Virus record (IMG/VR): IMGVR_UViG_2904399447_000014
Coordinates: 25,007 to 89,006 of that record
Origin: a virus
Taxonomy: Duplodnaviria > Caudoviricetes
DNA: 64,000 bases
Strand: one strand, 5' to 3'
Part shown: piece by piece, positions 28,801-38,021 of the stretch
Layout of the letters: every line of letters begins with the position of its first letter
Position numbering within the stretch: the first letter of the stretch is position 1
Notes under the pieces: generated by a model
The model's database searches: none
The model's input: the letters and a program-made list of their open reading frames with translations, nothing else
What the model was told of the DNA's origin: nothing
Translations under genes and position numbers: made by a program

Positions 28801-29652
28801 ATTTGGAAGGTCTTTGCGTTTATCCCGCCACTCTTTGAGACTTATCACCTTGTCGTTAATGCCACCGATCAGATCAGCCGCTTCTTTACCTGCGCTAAAC
28901 AGAACGCCTCCAGCTGCCATCCCAGCAACCTCCGCAGCCTCCCCATCACCATTCTTACTGGAGAAAAATGACGCCAAGCGTTTTAGTAGGCTTTTTTCAT
29001 CCTTGTCCTTTTCGTCCTCAATGTCAGACTCAACCGTGTCCTTTGATATAAATCGTCCATTCTCTCCCCGTGCACCGAGTTTTCCCTCACTTCTTTGTAT
29101 TGCTTGTGTTTTTGATGAGTCGCCATCATCTAGCAAATGCAATTTTCTAGCTGTATTACCGATTGCAGAATAAATGTTTTCGCTTGCATTAATTGGGCCG
29201 CCAGCCAGTTCAGAAGGCCGATTACCGTCATGCGCATGCGATAACATGTCAATTGATTGCAATTTACTGCCAGTAGCATGACTTTTATCAATGGCGACGT
29301 TTTTTGGCGGAAAATTACCGATAAAAGATGATTTTTGATTTTTATTATCACCAATTTGAAATCTTTCGCCTGATACAGATAGCTCAACGCGGCCGTTACT
29401 ATTGCGAATATCATGTAACTGATTGCGCCCATGAGTGGGATAGGAGTCATTAGCTGGCTCTTGACGCCGAGTGATCTGGGCAATGATAGAAGCATTAGAC
29501 TTCTGTAACTTAACGTCGTTCGAGCGGCCTGTTGGTGAGCGGCTTACGATTGCTCGGTGTATATCAGTAAGTACATCGAGTTCTTTCGCACTGGCGTTCT
29601 CAATCGCCTCGATGATAGACAGTATTTCTGTTGGCTTAGTTTGTGCCGGCAT
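25894..29652 (-). CDS. sit: Tape measure / structural lytic protein Sit
   Basis: 1252 aa, Ala/Gly/Lys-rich; KAIPIVGTIIGAG; lysozyme-like segment RNNNFGNL...FDSPEEGFRALANQL..Y...KYAP..ENDT. Confidence 0.85.
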   Translation of the reverse strand: MPAQTKPTEILSIIEAIENASAKELDVLTDIHRAIVSRSPTGRSNDVKLQKSNASIIAQITRRQEPANDSYPTHGRNQLHDIRNSNGRVELSVSGERFQIGDNKNQKSSFIGNFPPKNVAIDKSHATGSKLQSIDMLSHAHDGNRPSELAGGPINASENIYSAIGNTARKLHLLDDGDSSKTQAIQRSEGKLGARGENGRFISKDTVESDIEDEKDKDEKSLLKRLASFFSSKNGDGEAAEVAGMAAGGVLFSAGKEAADLIGGINDKVISLKEWRDKRKDLPNATTQAPIKFPDVSAPTKSQQAYSASTTGKVISVMESQQEQLAKSDEEIIRVLGEIRDKDSKGSKGGRGILGGILAGLGGKAIGKALGSRILGGLSLALGGGVLVKLFKRLAGAGDINDIMPRPGRGPVTTGGMHGKHIPSAGSPKGKGGRLTKVAAGAGAVAVGAYGAIKGVFGSSSEVTEAVGANIENPAGKKGVEVPKQPEDVKAQQKSRKSRSKSKRGRKMARNRVSAKPPATNAETITASTGKNASKKGVEKASVTTAEHAAEKAVGEKVAEKAAGKLAAKGALKAIPIVGTIIGAGIDAIDGFSDSEAQRGAFKLAEGQDVSGRHKSEYAAANIIDMGGLVSGGAGFMADGARWLGMDGVADGLTFSTSDIAQSLDNGVSSVKEFFDSGSDSQVDAIRAGAKQTTEAIKDLDSSLQSVMPGMADPSLASGISATDGSAPAFNNVSNELNIGGANAHTRAFRNNNFGNLEYAGQAGAELEKANAKGERRFAKFDSPEEGFRALANQLSSYAEGTSKAIGYQKVDTVRGIISKYAPSGENDTEGYIAQLSKSLGVRESDRLDLRNADVMTKVMRQIATIEGGAPQVSDQFIKTAIGERSGKKWVGQFNPETLSIINQQRQADGLEAISSSAQFSRPEKQSMGARVTEAATEAYDTAATYLGELGGKSDAALTGMFDVEGLTVPAPDRGLTVPINDKLPGALQQASNSPDAIAALQRRATSRIGSGVEQGAESGAIMPPPVNGAQEQPMQIVPASEVKKARKVLPGSSPSQQDNAANGDTSWWDETKDMASGIGSVAMESGKGVMEDAARSALQSIGVDIDNPLSSFAVTAGDTVGGGVSSVISGLMADTPFSFLSDTVANAIGGKSNSLTQQAVSAFQTSPPPPIPNLAASGVAPVYQRDNESRSSDDETLSWLERIAKAVEKQLNVKPEPKDANINMTTHSPQPAPRTEVPTAISDRALEKLFG

Positions 29653-29804
29653 TATCGTTTACCTGACGAGTTTTTAATCATTTGAACCAGGTCATCAACC
29701 ATCTTGAAAGCACGCCACTGGGGCAGGCGCTCTATATCACCGATCGACTGCTTTCCGTATAAGGCAAGGTCATGAATCAGGGTCACCCAGGAATTTAACG
29801 ACAT
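29652..29804 (-). CDS. 50-aa ORF overlapping pmgB 3' end (candidate second tail-assembly-chaperone segment); not in ORF track
   Basis: MSLNSWVTLIHDLALYGKQSIGDIERLPQWRAFKMVDDLVQMIKNSSGKR; stop overlaps sit start (TAATG); fills the gap between pmgB and sit. Confidence 0.7.
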   Translation of the reverse strand: MSLNSWVTLIHDLALYGKQSIGDIERLPQWRAFKMVDDLVQMIKNSSGKR

Positions 29805-30600
29805 GGCCTGGAAGGTAGTTGACACCCCGAAACTGAAAGAAAAGGCGTGTAGAAATCGCCTGTCCCTCCTTAGCCAAAGTTGGGCAGTTATGCGGCTTGA
29901 TATATAGCTGGGCTTTTCCCTTGTGGATCGTAATTGGTAGCCCGTGGCGTAAGGTTTCTTGCATCTTCCTTACGCCGGCTGCCAGCGGCACAAACTCCGA
30001 ATTGACTTCCATGCTACGAATCAGCTCGTATCGCATTTCCGCTGCCTCTTGGAACTCCTGGGGCTGTTCGGCCAAATGAGCCTGCAAGGTGATCTCCACC
30101 AGCCGTAAATTCGCTAATTCCGTTTCATAATTAGGTGCACCTGGAGCCGGTAGGTTCGAATACATCATTTCTAAATGCTCCATACCCAGACCATCGATAG
30201 GTTTCAAGTGCCATTGATGTGGCACACCTTTAACCGGAATGGTTACTTCGACATAGGGGGGGATTGTCAGCAGCTCTAAATCCTCAGCCAAATCGCACAG
30301 GTCAAAGTCATAGTGATGCAGCTCCCCACAATGGCCACATTGATAACTTACGGTCTGTTCTGCACCGTTTGGTTGCGAATGTGTATGAATCCACCACAAC
30401 GCCGTGCGGCGGTCTTGAGCCGTCCATCGAGCACTATCCTGCACATCTCCGATCTGCATTGTATTGAGGTATCGCGTCGTAGCCTGTTCTTCTTGTTCCG
30501 GCGCCGTCCCGCAAAACTCCAGAGCATCATTAACCGCCGGCGCCCGAAACTGGATTTCGTTCTTTGGATTTGAGGGTTGGTAGAGGGTAGGGATAAACAT
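29770..30600 (-). CDS. pmgB: PmgB tail/baseplate hub assembly protein
   Basis: IQFRAPAV.DAL, WTAQDRRTALWWI, YQCGHCG resemble P1 PmgB. Confidence 0.85.
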   Translation of the reverse strand: MFIPTLYQPSNPKNEIQFRAPAVNDALEFCGTAPEQEEQATTRYLNTMQIGDVQDSARWTAQDRRTALWWIHTHSQPNGAEQTVSYQCGHCGELHHYDFDLCDLAEDLELLTIPPYVEVTIPVKGVPHQWHLKPIDGLGMEHLEMMYSNLPAPGAPNYETELANLRLVEITLQAHLAEQPQEFQEAAEMRYELIRSMEVNSEFVPLAAGVRKMQETLRHGLPITIHKGKAQLYIKPHNCPTLAKEGQAISTRLFFQFRGVNYLPGHVVKFLGDPDS

Positions 30601-30608
30601 ATTTCGCC

Positions 30609-31388
30609 TTAAAATTTGATTATGCTGGTGGCCTTGCTTAGTGCATCACCGGCCATGCCGGTTGCCATCGATGACGCAAGCCCAGTTAAACTGGCATCAG
30701 CTGATGTGTGGCATACAAATGTCAGCGGGTATGAAAGGAATTCACCAACCTGGTCATATGAACGCGTCGTGGCGCCACGCTCCGTTGGGATCACGGGATA
30801 TTCAGCATCCAACGTTTTACTGCCGTTAAAACCTACGCGATAAACACGGATGTTCATCACGTAGTAGGGGGAGAGGTTAATAGTGCCATCACGGTTTATC
30901 ACGCGGCGCTTCCTGGCATCGAACCATTTAGCAATACGCCCGGTCTGGTCATCGCGAACGGTGATTGTTACGGTGCCGGGTGTTATATGAGTTGGTTTAT
31001 TAAACTGGATACCGCCAATAATTTTGGCATCTGTTTCAATAGTCCCTTCGCTGTACGAAACATCGCGAACAAACATAAAAAGGTCTTTCATCCCGTCGGC
31101 TTCAACAACCCATTGCCACCCCTGTGCGTACTGGATTCGCATCGCCATTTCTAAAATGCTTTTGGCATAGGCAACTTCACCAGAGTGCCCGGCTTTCCCG
31201 TTAACCATCCCACCGCCGGCAAAACCACTGGATGAACCGCCGCCCAGTGCATAATTCAATGCTTCTTTTACGACATCATTTGTCCCCTGGAGGAAGCGGT
31301 TTGTAGCAGAGTCCATCGCGTCATTAAACATGCCGTTTACAGCATTTTTTAGGCTGGATCTGCTGGATAATCCATCAAAAATACCCAT
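30609..31388 (-). CDS. tub: Tail tube initiator, P1 Tub-like
   Basis: AQGWQW.VE.DG, TITVRD, GEFLSYPLTF resemble P1 Tub; Gly/Ser-rich ends. Confidence 0.75.
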   Translation of the reverse strand: MGIFDGLSSRSSLKNAVNGMFNDAMDSATNRFLQGTNDVVKEALNYALGGGSSSGFAGGGMVNGKAGHSGEVAYAKSILEMAMRIQYAQGWQWVVEADGMKDLFMFVRDVSYSEGTIETDAKIIGGIQFNKPTHITPGTVTITVRDDQTGRIAKWFDARKRRVINRDGTINLSPYYVMNIRVYRVGFNGSKTLDAEYPVIPTERGATTRSYDQVGEFLSYPLTFVCHTSADASLTGLASSMATGMAGDALSKATSIIKF

Positions 31389-31400
31389 GACACCCCCCGT

Positions 31401-31952
31401 TTAAAATAGTGTTGCGCCGGCAATGATTGCCCGGTTTGACGACATCTGGGCTTCCAGGTCTAACTTGCGCTGAGTCAGCGTGTTTTCGTCGGGAAGGGCA
31501 GATGTATCAAGTTTCCCTGCGATTGATACGCGCCGTTGACGCTCGGTATTAGGAATGGCGATTAATACTTCAAGGTAATCTTGAATAAGGCCGACAATCG
31601 TTGGGGGAACCGTCCATTCACTTAATGGGCGGTCGCGCAAGTTGACTAGGTAGGAAAGGGTTAGGGGGTATAGTTCTCTTCCAGTTAGCTCGAGATCTAC
31701 CGACGAGCCATAATCGTCGCTATAAACCAATACTTCGCGCTTATCGACTACATGTACCAGAGCCAGATAATCTTCAGGATAAGGCAGGGAAATCCCTGCC
31801 TCTTTTTCTATCTTGATACGACGCACCAAGCCAGCCCGATCCTGATAAGCCGCCAAAGCCTGAATCAATAGGCTTTCAAGCACTTTTGACTCAACCACCA
31901 GCAGGGGCGTAAACCGAGATTTAACGCCCTCAAGCAGCTCGTTAGGTGTCAT
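31401..31952 (-). CDS. pmgC: PmgC head-tail adaptor-like protein
   Basis: [45 protein letters not shown] motifs. Confidence 0.75.
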   Translation of the reverse strand: MTPNELLEGVKSRFTPLLVVESKVLESLLIQALAAYQDRAGLVRRIKIEKEAGISLPYPEDYLALVHVVDKREVLVYSDDYGSSVDLELTGRELYPLTLSYLVNLRDRPLSEWTVPPTIVGLIQDYLEVLIAIPNTERQRRVSIAGKLDTSALPDENTLTQRKLDLEAQMSSNRAIIAGATLF

Positions 31953-31956
31953 CGAA

Positions 31957-32448
31957 TTACTCCACCCAGTTGTAGACGATGCGCAGGCTTGGGCGGACGG
32001 CTACAGTGACGTCTTCAGATGAGAGATCCACAGCTTCAGAGTAGACTTTGCAGTGAAGCAATGAGCGGGTCAGCCCTTTGTGATCACCGCCGTTCGACTC
32101 GGCCGCTGCACTAATGGTGATATCGACGTATTTTTTGCCGAACACCATATCTTTCACAGCTGCCAGAACGTCGCCTGTAATGGTTTCGACGCACTGCACC
32201 TGTGTTTCCCCACTATTTCGTAGTGCACCGTGCTGGTTGAACTTCATGCCGCCAGGCGCCACGTCTTCCATGTCCTCACGGGTCATTTCTGGAAGCTGAG
32301 CTGTTCGGATCAAGATCGAGAGGTTTTCATACCCCTTAATTACCATCCAGTATTCCGAGCCAATCAGCTTTTCGCCGGCCGCTAGGTTCTGGTTGAAACG
32401 CTTCTTCATGAAACCAACGTCCGCCTTCGTATTACCAAATCCACTCAT
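31957..32448 (-). CDS. bplB: Tail tube protein BplB
   Basis: PEMTRED.ED..P.G.KFNQHG.LRNSGE.QVQCVET...[12 protein letters not shown]. Confidence 0.88.
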   Translation of the reverse strand: MSGFGNTKADVGFMKKRFNQNLAAGEKLIGSEYWMVIKGYENLSILIRTAQLPEMTREDMEDVAPGGMKFNQHGALRNSGETQVQCVETITGDVLAAVKDMVFGKKYVDITISAAAESNGGDHKGLTRSLLHCKVYSEAVDLSSEDVTVAVRPSLRIVYNWVE

Positions 32449-32455
32449 AACTACC

Positions 32456-33031
32456 TCAAATGTACATAAGTGGTATTTCCGACTCGTTGTAAGCCGTCAT
32501 ACCTGAGATGTGTAGGGACACTGTGTTGTGGGCATACATACCCGTTATCGTGCGCGGTGCGTCCAACTCGTATTGAACTGACTGAATCACGGCATGCATA
32601 ATTTTTTGCCGGCGCCCAATATCCAGGACAACAGGCTTCGGCCGGCGGCCACCAGGCAGGAAGTTTTTCAAATCAGGTGACGCCATTTGCTGCAACGCCA
32701 TAATTGCGGAGTTGACCTCGATCTGGGCATCCACTTTCGCCATGAAATGCAGCGACAAATTAAACTCAGGTGGCTTTTGACCTTCCCACACCAACATGCT
32801 GTTAATTTTCGCTTTTGACGTCGTGGTCGATGCCGCTTGAGTCGCATTTGAGAGGGTACTCACACCGGCCATAGAGCCAACGGAGTTGTTTTCAAAAGGC
32901 GACGACCACAGGCTTTCGAGCATCGCAACGCTGCCTTCCCCGATGTACCCAACGACCATGTTGGTACCTGATGTGATGTACGCCTTCAGGAAAGGACTCA
33001 CGCCATCAGGCATTATTGCGCCACAAATCAC
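32456..33031 (-). CDS. pmgG: PmgG tail tube/baseplate adaptor
   Basis: DGVSPFLK, MLVWEG, LDIGRR, YELDAPR motifs. Confidence 0.82.
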   Translation of the reverse strand: MICGAIMPDGVSPFLKAYITSGTNMVVGYIGEGSVAMLESLWSSPFENNSVGSMAGVSTLSNATQAASTTTSKAKINSMLVWEGQKPPEFNLSLHFMAKVDAQIEVNSAIMALQQMASPDLKNFLPGGRRPKPVVLDIGRRQKIMHAVIQSVQYELDAPRTITGMYAHNTVSLHISGMTAYNESEIPLMYI

Positions 33032-33074
33032 AGAACCCCCTTAAAGGCCCATCCGACAGGATGGGCGTATTGAT

Positions 33075-33794
33075 TTACAGGCCGCGTTTTTTGCGTACTT
33101 TCAACGATTTCCGACGAGATATGTTCGCCGACGCAGTGTGAGATTTGCGTTGTGCTTTTTTGATTGAGGCACGCTGCAATGCAGTGATGCGTTTAGGGCG
33201 AGGGCGCTTACGGATCAGCTTAACTTCACCGTTGCGAACAACTTTTTTGTTTGCTTCCAACATAGCGTCATCATCGCTATCACCAGACACGCCATAGATT
33301 GCGATTGCTTCGTCATCGTCTTCGTTGGCGGCAGAAATGGCATCCGCTACGATGATTGCGGCATCGTCATCTTCTTCATCGATCATCTGAGTGACAGAGT
33401 CTTGATCTGCGCCCAATGAAACCGCTGCATCAGCCAGAACGGAGAGCACACGGTTGTATTCATCAGTTTGGGCATCGGTGATTTCGTCGTCCTCTTCATC
33501 ATCGCTAATGCCGGCAATGACCATAGCGATACCGTCAATGTCTTCACTAGTCGGACTAGAGGAACGTGCCCAATCAATCAGGAACGATGCAGCTACCGAA
33601 CGTTCATCCTGACGAGAGCGTTTAGATACCGCCTCGAAAATGGCGTCAGACAGTGCCTTCTTGCCTTTTTCTTTCTTAGGCTCGTCCTTACCCTTATTCG
33701 ACTCCAACAACGCGTCAGAGGCCGATACAACCGCAACTGTGCCAAACGCAGCTTCTAGCAAAGGGTTAACTTGGTTTTGTTTGAAAATATCCAC
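33075..33794 (-). CDS. 21: P1 gp21-like morphogenesis protein (acidic core, basic C-terminal tail)
   Basis: IAGISDD, KKVVRNGEVKLIRKR...KKAQRK C-terminus. Confidence 0.82.
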   Translation of the reverse strand: MDIFKQNQVNPLLEAAFGTVAVVSASDALLESNKGKDEPKKEKGKKALSDAIFEAVSKRSRQDERSVAASFLIDWARSSSPTSEDIDGIAMVIAGISDDEEDDEITDAQTDEYNRVLSVLADAAVSLGADQDSVTQMIDEEDDDAAIIVADAISAANEDDDEAIAIYGVSGDSDDDAMLEANKKVVRNGEVKLIRKRPRPKRITALQRASIKKAQRKSHTASANISRRKSLKVRKKRGL

Positions 33795-33805
33795 TTATGG
33801 CTCCA

Positions 33806-35386
33806 TTAACGCATTAGAACAGGAACACCAACAATGCGGCGGGATACTCCCGTCACACACACTTCCCAGCGCACTTCCCAGCTATCGAAACTTGTATTGG
33901 TAACTGTCACGATATAAGGCGCCTCACCCTGGCTGACATCGCGTGGCTTGACCAAGGCCTCAGCTGCTACATAGCGATCGAGAAGGCGGGGAATGCCCTT
34001 TTCAAGCCCTTCACGGGTTAAACCATCAGGTTCATGTTTGAGGGCAGCAGCTAAGGAGTAATAATCGCGCGCGATAGAGTTCATCACTGAAATAACATGC
34101 TGATATTGCTTGTAGTTATTTTCGACACACGTAGTTAGGGCATCATCAATAACGATCGCGCCATTTACACTGGTCACTACGTTTAGATGGGCTTTTGCAA
34201 AGACTTCACGGTCAATGTTGGCAGCAGCAGGCAGAGGCTGAATGTTTTGACGATTAACCACGCCGCGTGACACGCCGGCAGGGGAGTAATGCCATCCGCC
34301 GACATCAGGTACCAGGGCTACACCTTTCGCTTTAGCCGTGAAAGCGTCGCCAGATAAACCGAATACAACATTCGATTGGCTCAATGGATCGCGACAGGAG
34401 AATGGGAAGTAATAGGCGGTGACATTTTCATTACCACCCAAGCCAAGCCCGGTTAGTTGCTCCAGCGCCTTATCAGCGGCTAAACGGGGATCAACATCTG
34501 CGAACATATCAACACGAACAGCCTTTGCCAGTTCGGCAAGTTTGCCGATCGCCGTCGCGTCATAAATTCCCAAAGACAGGATAGCGGTGTACTCCACCAG
34601 CGAACCATCTAACACCGCTATTGATGCTGCATAGTCTTTCGACGTTAGTTTCTTAAAATCGCCGTCAGAGCCACCGACAAATGCTTGACCGGTGATACCT
34701 GTAAATGACGCCGGCAGAGCGAGAGTATCGGAGATCAGCACACGCAACCGTGAATCGTTACGTTCGAGGACATCAGGGATATACGCGGACAGCCCCATAT
34801 CATCCAACACGTCTGAATTAAGCGATACGTCGTAATTTTCCAGCGTGGTTTCTGCACCTAACGAGTCAGTTGCCACCAGTTTCAAAGAGAAGAGGCCAGG
34901 CTTGGTTTTGACAGGCTCAAAACTCAACTTTCGGTTGGTAGACTTATCGCCATCTTCGACAAAGAAAGTGAGAGCGGCCTTAGCAGGCAAAGTGATATCG
35001 GCACCAAATGCGCTTGTGCTGGTGGTTGCCTTAACCGTGGTAACCGCCGGCGTTCCGGCCGTCTCTACCGTCAGGTTGATTGCGGGGATCAACATACCAG
35101 GCAAAGGAATGCGTACTACATAACCGTCACCGCCAGCCAAAGCCTGATTCACATGACGTAGAGGCTCAAAAAACTGGCCTTCTTGTGGTCTTGGAGCTTC
35201 ACCCAGTACAGATTTGACGTTGTTCTGTGTGATTTTCAGGACTTTATTTGGCTTGCCTTTCCGAGCAATTACCAGGCCCGCAAATACTGAGGCACCGCCA
35301 GAAGTAGATCCGGTTGTTGCTGATGCATCGATTGGCGCAACTGCCGTGCCGGCAGCCGTACCAAGAGCAAAAGGGATTTTATTCAT
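33806..35386 (-). CDS. 22: Tail sheath protein
   Basis: 526 aa; VPDVGGWHYSPAGVSRG, IDDALT, KHEPDGLT, RRIVGVP. Confidence 0.9.
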   Translation of the reverse strand: MNKIPFALGTAAGTAVAPIDASATTGSTSGGASVFAGLVIARKGKPNKVLKITQNNVKSVLGEAPRPQEGQFFEPLRHVNQALAGGDGYVVRIPLPGMLIPAINLTVETAGTPAVTTVKATTSTSAFGADITLPAKAALTFFVEDGDKSTNRKLSFEPVKTKPGLFSLKLVATDSLGAETTLENYDVSLNSDVLDDMGLSAYIPDVLERNDSRLRVLISDTLALPASFTGITGQAFVGGSDGDFKKLTSKDYAASIAVLDGSLVEYTAILSLGIYDATAIGKLAELAKAVRVDMFADVDPRLAADKALEQLTGLGLGGNENVTAYYFPFSCRDPLSQSNVVFGLSGDAFTAKAKGVALVPDVGGWHYSPAGVSRGVVNRQNIQPLPAAANIDREVFAKAHLNVVTSVNGAIVIDDALTTCVENNYKQYQHVISVMNSIARDYYSLAAALKHEPDGLTREGLEKGIPRLLDRYVAAEALVKPRDVSQGEAPYIVTVTNTSFDSWEVRWEVCVTGVSRRIVGVPVLMR

Positions 35387-35430
35387 TTTTGTTCCTAACA
35401 GCGCCCCATGAGGGGCGCCTTATCAAAGGA

Positions 35431-37413
35431 TTAGCCGGCGGCCTTCACAGTCACCTTCGCAACTGCGGTTTTTGCACCGTCTTCACTTGTCATTGTGATG
35501 TTGACGACACCTACAGCTTTCGCTTCGCCGTCGCCGTTCTGATCAACAACTGCCAACGATTCATCGCTAGAAGTCAGCGTAAACGTCTTGTTGGTTGAGT
35601 TTTCAGGCAGAACAGCAGGAGTCAGCTTGAATTTTTCACCGACGGAGACGCTCAAAGTTTTCGGCGTCAACGTAACGCTCTCAACACCTACGACTGGTGC
35701 TTCTGTATCTTCGCCGCCGGCTTCAGGCTTTTTTTCGATGAACTTCCCAGTGCCTGGGTCGATAGCACCAACTTTCTCGTTAACCAACGTCAGGCGAGAG
35801 AAATAGTCTTCGCCATTACGTGGGTGGATCTCATTGATTGCAGAACCCCACAGAGTCTGACGGTTCACCAGGGCTGTAGTAGTTGGATGGACAAACGGGA
35901 TAGCAGGAACGGCATCACCAGCGACCATGCCCGCTTCACCCAGGTTTTCACCACGGGAGTAGAAGAGAATGTCGCTAGGAGAGTACGGGTAACCCTCTTT
36001 GTTAAACTGCTCGCATACAGGGTTAGGCACTTCATAAATGCGGATTGAGCCGAACAAGATACCAATGAAGTGAACGTAAGACGTTTGCACGTAGTTCGGC
36101 GCCAACTGGAACATGCTTTCCGGCAGAGATTTGATGTAGCCCGCAGCATCACCACCAGCAAAACCACCACGGATTCCGTATTTTTTAGTACGGTCACGCA
36201 TCTCGGTGGAGATACGGTTTACAACACCACGGAACAAGGCGCACCAAGGCTCCCATTGCTGACCTTCCGGTAAGGCAGTGTCGAATTTGTATTCGTGAAC
36301 AGTATGGAACGCGAGCTTACGCAGACGTTTCATATCTTGCTCATGCGAGCACCATTGAGTGAGGCTGGTAAACTGCATTGATGCCAGGTTAAGGCCGAAC
36401 TCACGTTGCAGATCCATCATAGATTGCACAGTATGTTCTGCGGCCAGGATGTATTGCGATGGCTTCATCGTCCATTTACGCATTGCCTGGTTAATAACGG
36501 GGATCAGGTCTGGAGCATTCTCTACGTCCAGCTCTGCCTGCATTGCGATGTGAGTACCTGCTGGTGGTTCGGCATCGAACTTCAGCTTCACAATACCCTT
36601 GGTGTAATCGATGTTGCCAGTGACTTGGAAGCTGTTGCCTTTGGAGTCTTTTTCGTTGTAGTTGATGTTGCTTTCGCCATCATCGTAATGTTTGCCAAGA
36701 CGGCGGTTCACAATGATACGCACGCGAGAACGACGAACAGGCATGTCGCGACCTTCATCATCCTTGATCGAAATGGTGAATTCTTTCGTTTTGCCGTCGA
36801 CATCGTCTTTCAACATGAAAATGCGGCCCATTTGCGAGAATACGCCAGCGCTGAGGTGATCCATTTGTTCACCACGTTCGAACGAACCCATTTTCACACC
36901 GGCGATGTTGTAAACCTCATAGAAGTCTGACTCATCACGTGTTGCAGGCATGAAAGTACACATGTCGCTCGTAGCGGCGCCGAGGGCGGAAGGTAGGATC
37001 ATTGCCATGAAAATAGCCTGGCGCATAACACCTTCTGACGTGCGCATGTCGCTGGATACTGACTCCAACATTGCTGAGCCATCACCGCTGCGCTTAGCGC
37101 TAGGGGCTGATTCCAAGATCAGGTTTTCACAGGCATTTTGGGCGTTTGCCAGCAAATCGGCTGGTGGGTTACATCCGTTAATACGACGGTAATCGGCAAC
37201 GCTAGCAGCCCAAGCGGTGGCGATTTGGCGCACTGCCTTTGGATCGACACCTTCAAACATCGGATCTTGGGCCGCTGTCTGGAAAATGGTTTCTGCTTGT
37301 TGTTCAACACTCATTGCGGCGTTGATAGGTGCATTACTGGTAAACGCCAGCACTCGGCCAGCGCGACAATTTACGTCTCTTTGACGTTCATGAAATGCTT
37401 TGGTATCAGACAC
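35431..37413 (-). CDS. 23: Major capsid protein with in-frame C-terminal Big_2-type Ig-like domain
   Basis: P1 gp23-like body (AEHTVQSMMDLQREFG, NRQTLWGSAINEIHPRNG) then VESVTLTPKTLSVSVGEKFKLTPAVLPENSTNKT..TSSD..AVVD..G...A.GV..IT.TSEDGAKTA.AKVTV. Confidence 0.92.
   Translation of the reverse strand: MSDTKAFHERQRDVNCRAGRVLAFTSNAPINAAMSVEQQAETIFQTAAQDPMFEGVDPKAVRQIATAWAASVADYRRINGCNPPADLLANAQNACENLILESAPSAKRSGDGSAMLESVSSDMRTSEGVMRQAIFMAMILPSALGAATSDMCTFMPATRDESDFYEVYNIAGVKMGSFERGEQMDHLSAGVFSQMGRIFMLKDDVDGKTKEFTISIKDDEGRDMPVRRSRVRIIVNRRLGKHYDDGESNINYNEKDSKGNSFQVTGNIDYTKGIVKLKFDAEPPAGTHIAMQAELDVENAPDLIPVINQAMRKWTMKPSQYILAAEHTVQSMMDLQREFGLNLASMQFTSLTQWCSHEQDMKRLRKLAFHTVHEYKFDTALPEGQQWEPWCALFRGVVNRISTEMRDRTKKYGIRGGFAGGDAAGYIKSLPESMFQLAPNYVQTSYVHFIGILFGSIRIYEVPNPVCEQFNKEGYPYSPSDILFYSRGENLGEAGMVAGDAVPAIPFVHPTTTALVNRQTLWGSAINEIHPRNGEDYFSRLTLVNEKVGAIDPGTGKFIEKKPEAGGEDTEAPVVGVESVTLTPKTLSVSVGEKFKLTPAVLPENSTNKTFTLTSSDESLAVVDQNGDGEAKAVGVVNITMTSEDGAKTAVAKVTVKAAG
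35723..35735 (-). other. Candidate -1 ribosomal frameshift site A_AAA_AAG with -1-frame stop
   Basis: ATC GAA AAA AAG CCT GAA in frame 0; -1 frame reads AAA AAA GCC TGA. Confidence 0.55.
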
Positions 37414-37465
37414 TTTTTCGTCCTATCTATTTGCACAGACAGGGGTTTGCTTCTCGACAAGCGGG

Positions 37466-37484
37466 ATATTAACGAAAGTGAGTT
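37466..37484 (-). promoter_or_regulatory. Putative late promoter for the capsid-sheath-tail operon
   Basis: AACTCACTT-TCGT-TAATAT. Confidence 0.78.
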
Positions 37485-37544
37485 ATTGAGAGTCACGATA
37501 AAAGTGTGGGGTTGTTAATGGAGGTTTGTTAGACTGGTTCTATT

Positions 37545-37565
37545 AAACTAATACAGGATTAGTAA
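37545..37565. promoter_or_regulatory. Putative repressor operator
   Basis: AAACTAAT-ACAGG-ATTAGTAA abutting the ATG at 37565. Confidence 0.6.
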
Positions 37566-37987
37566 TGCGTTATACAGTTTATGTGGAATATCGGAACGGC
37601 GCGATCAACACGCCAGCCCACTCTGGCGTTAAGGAAGTTGCGTATCGGAATTTTGTTGAGTTAGTCGCAGATAAAGATCTCCTGCTCACGGCAGCCGCCT
37701 GCGTTATCAAATCCTCCACCAGCGAGATACTTCGCTTTGACTTACGCACGGCCCAACCAATACCGGAATTTAAAGATATCCAATGGCCTCGGCGTGGTGC
37801 TCGTCGCCAGGTTAAAAATGGAAAGACGGTATCAGCATTTTTAGCTTCAAATGAAGAGGACTTTTTGAAGTCGTTAGGAGAGGGAAGTCTCACACACGGT
37901 ATCCGTAAAGCGGTTTCGATGTTAAACCTACTCGAACAGGAAAAATTGAAGGCTCTCAAAGAAAGAGCGACCAACGCAACAGCATAA
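37565..37987 (+). CDS. Hypothetical protein with possible C-terminal ribbon-helix-helix-like region
   Basis: PRRGARRQ..KTVSAFL...LGEGSLTHGIRKAV; followed by terminator 38000-38021. Confidence 0.65.
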   Translation: MRYTVYVEYRNGAINTPAHSGVKEVAYRNFVELVADKDLLLTAAACVIKSSTSEILRFDLRTAQPIPEFKDIQWPRRGARRQVKNGKTVSAFLASNEEDFLKSLGEGSLTHGIRKAVSMLNLLEQEKLKALKERATNATA

Positions 37988-37999
37988 CACCCGCTTAAT

Positions 38000-38021
38000 G
38001 CCCCTTATTGGGGCTTTTTTT
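38000..38021 (+). terminator. Intrinsic terminator
   Basis: GCCCC-TTATT-GGGGC-T7. Confidence 0.75.

Noticed and set aside
29914-29923. In-phase G_GGA_AAA slippery heptamer in pmgB
   Set aside because: The -1 frame stops after a few codons and does not reach the downstream 50-aa ORF, which is in the +1/-2 frame
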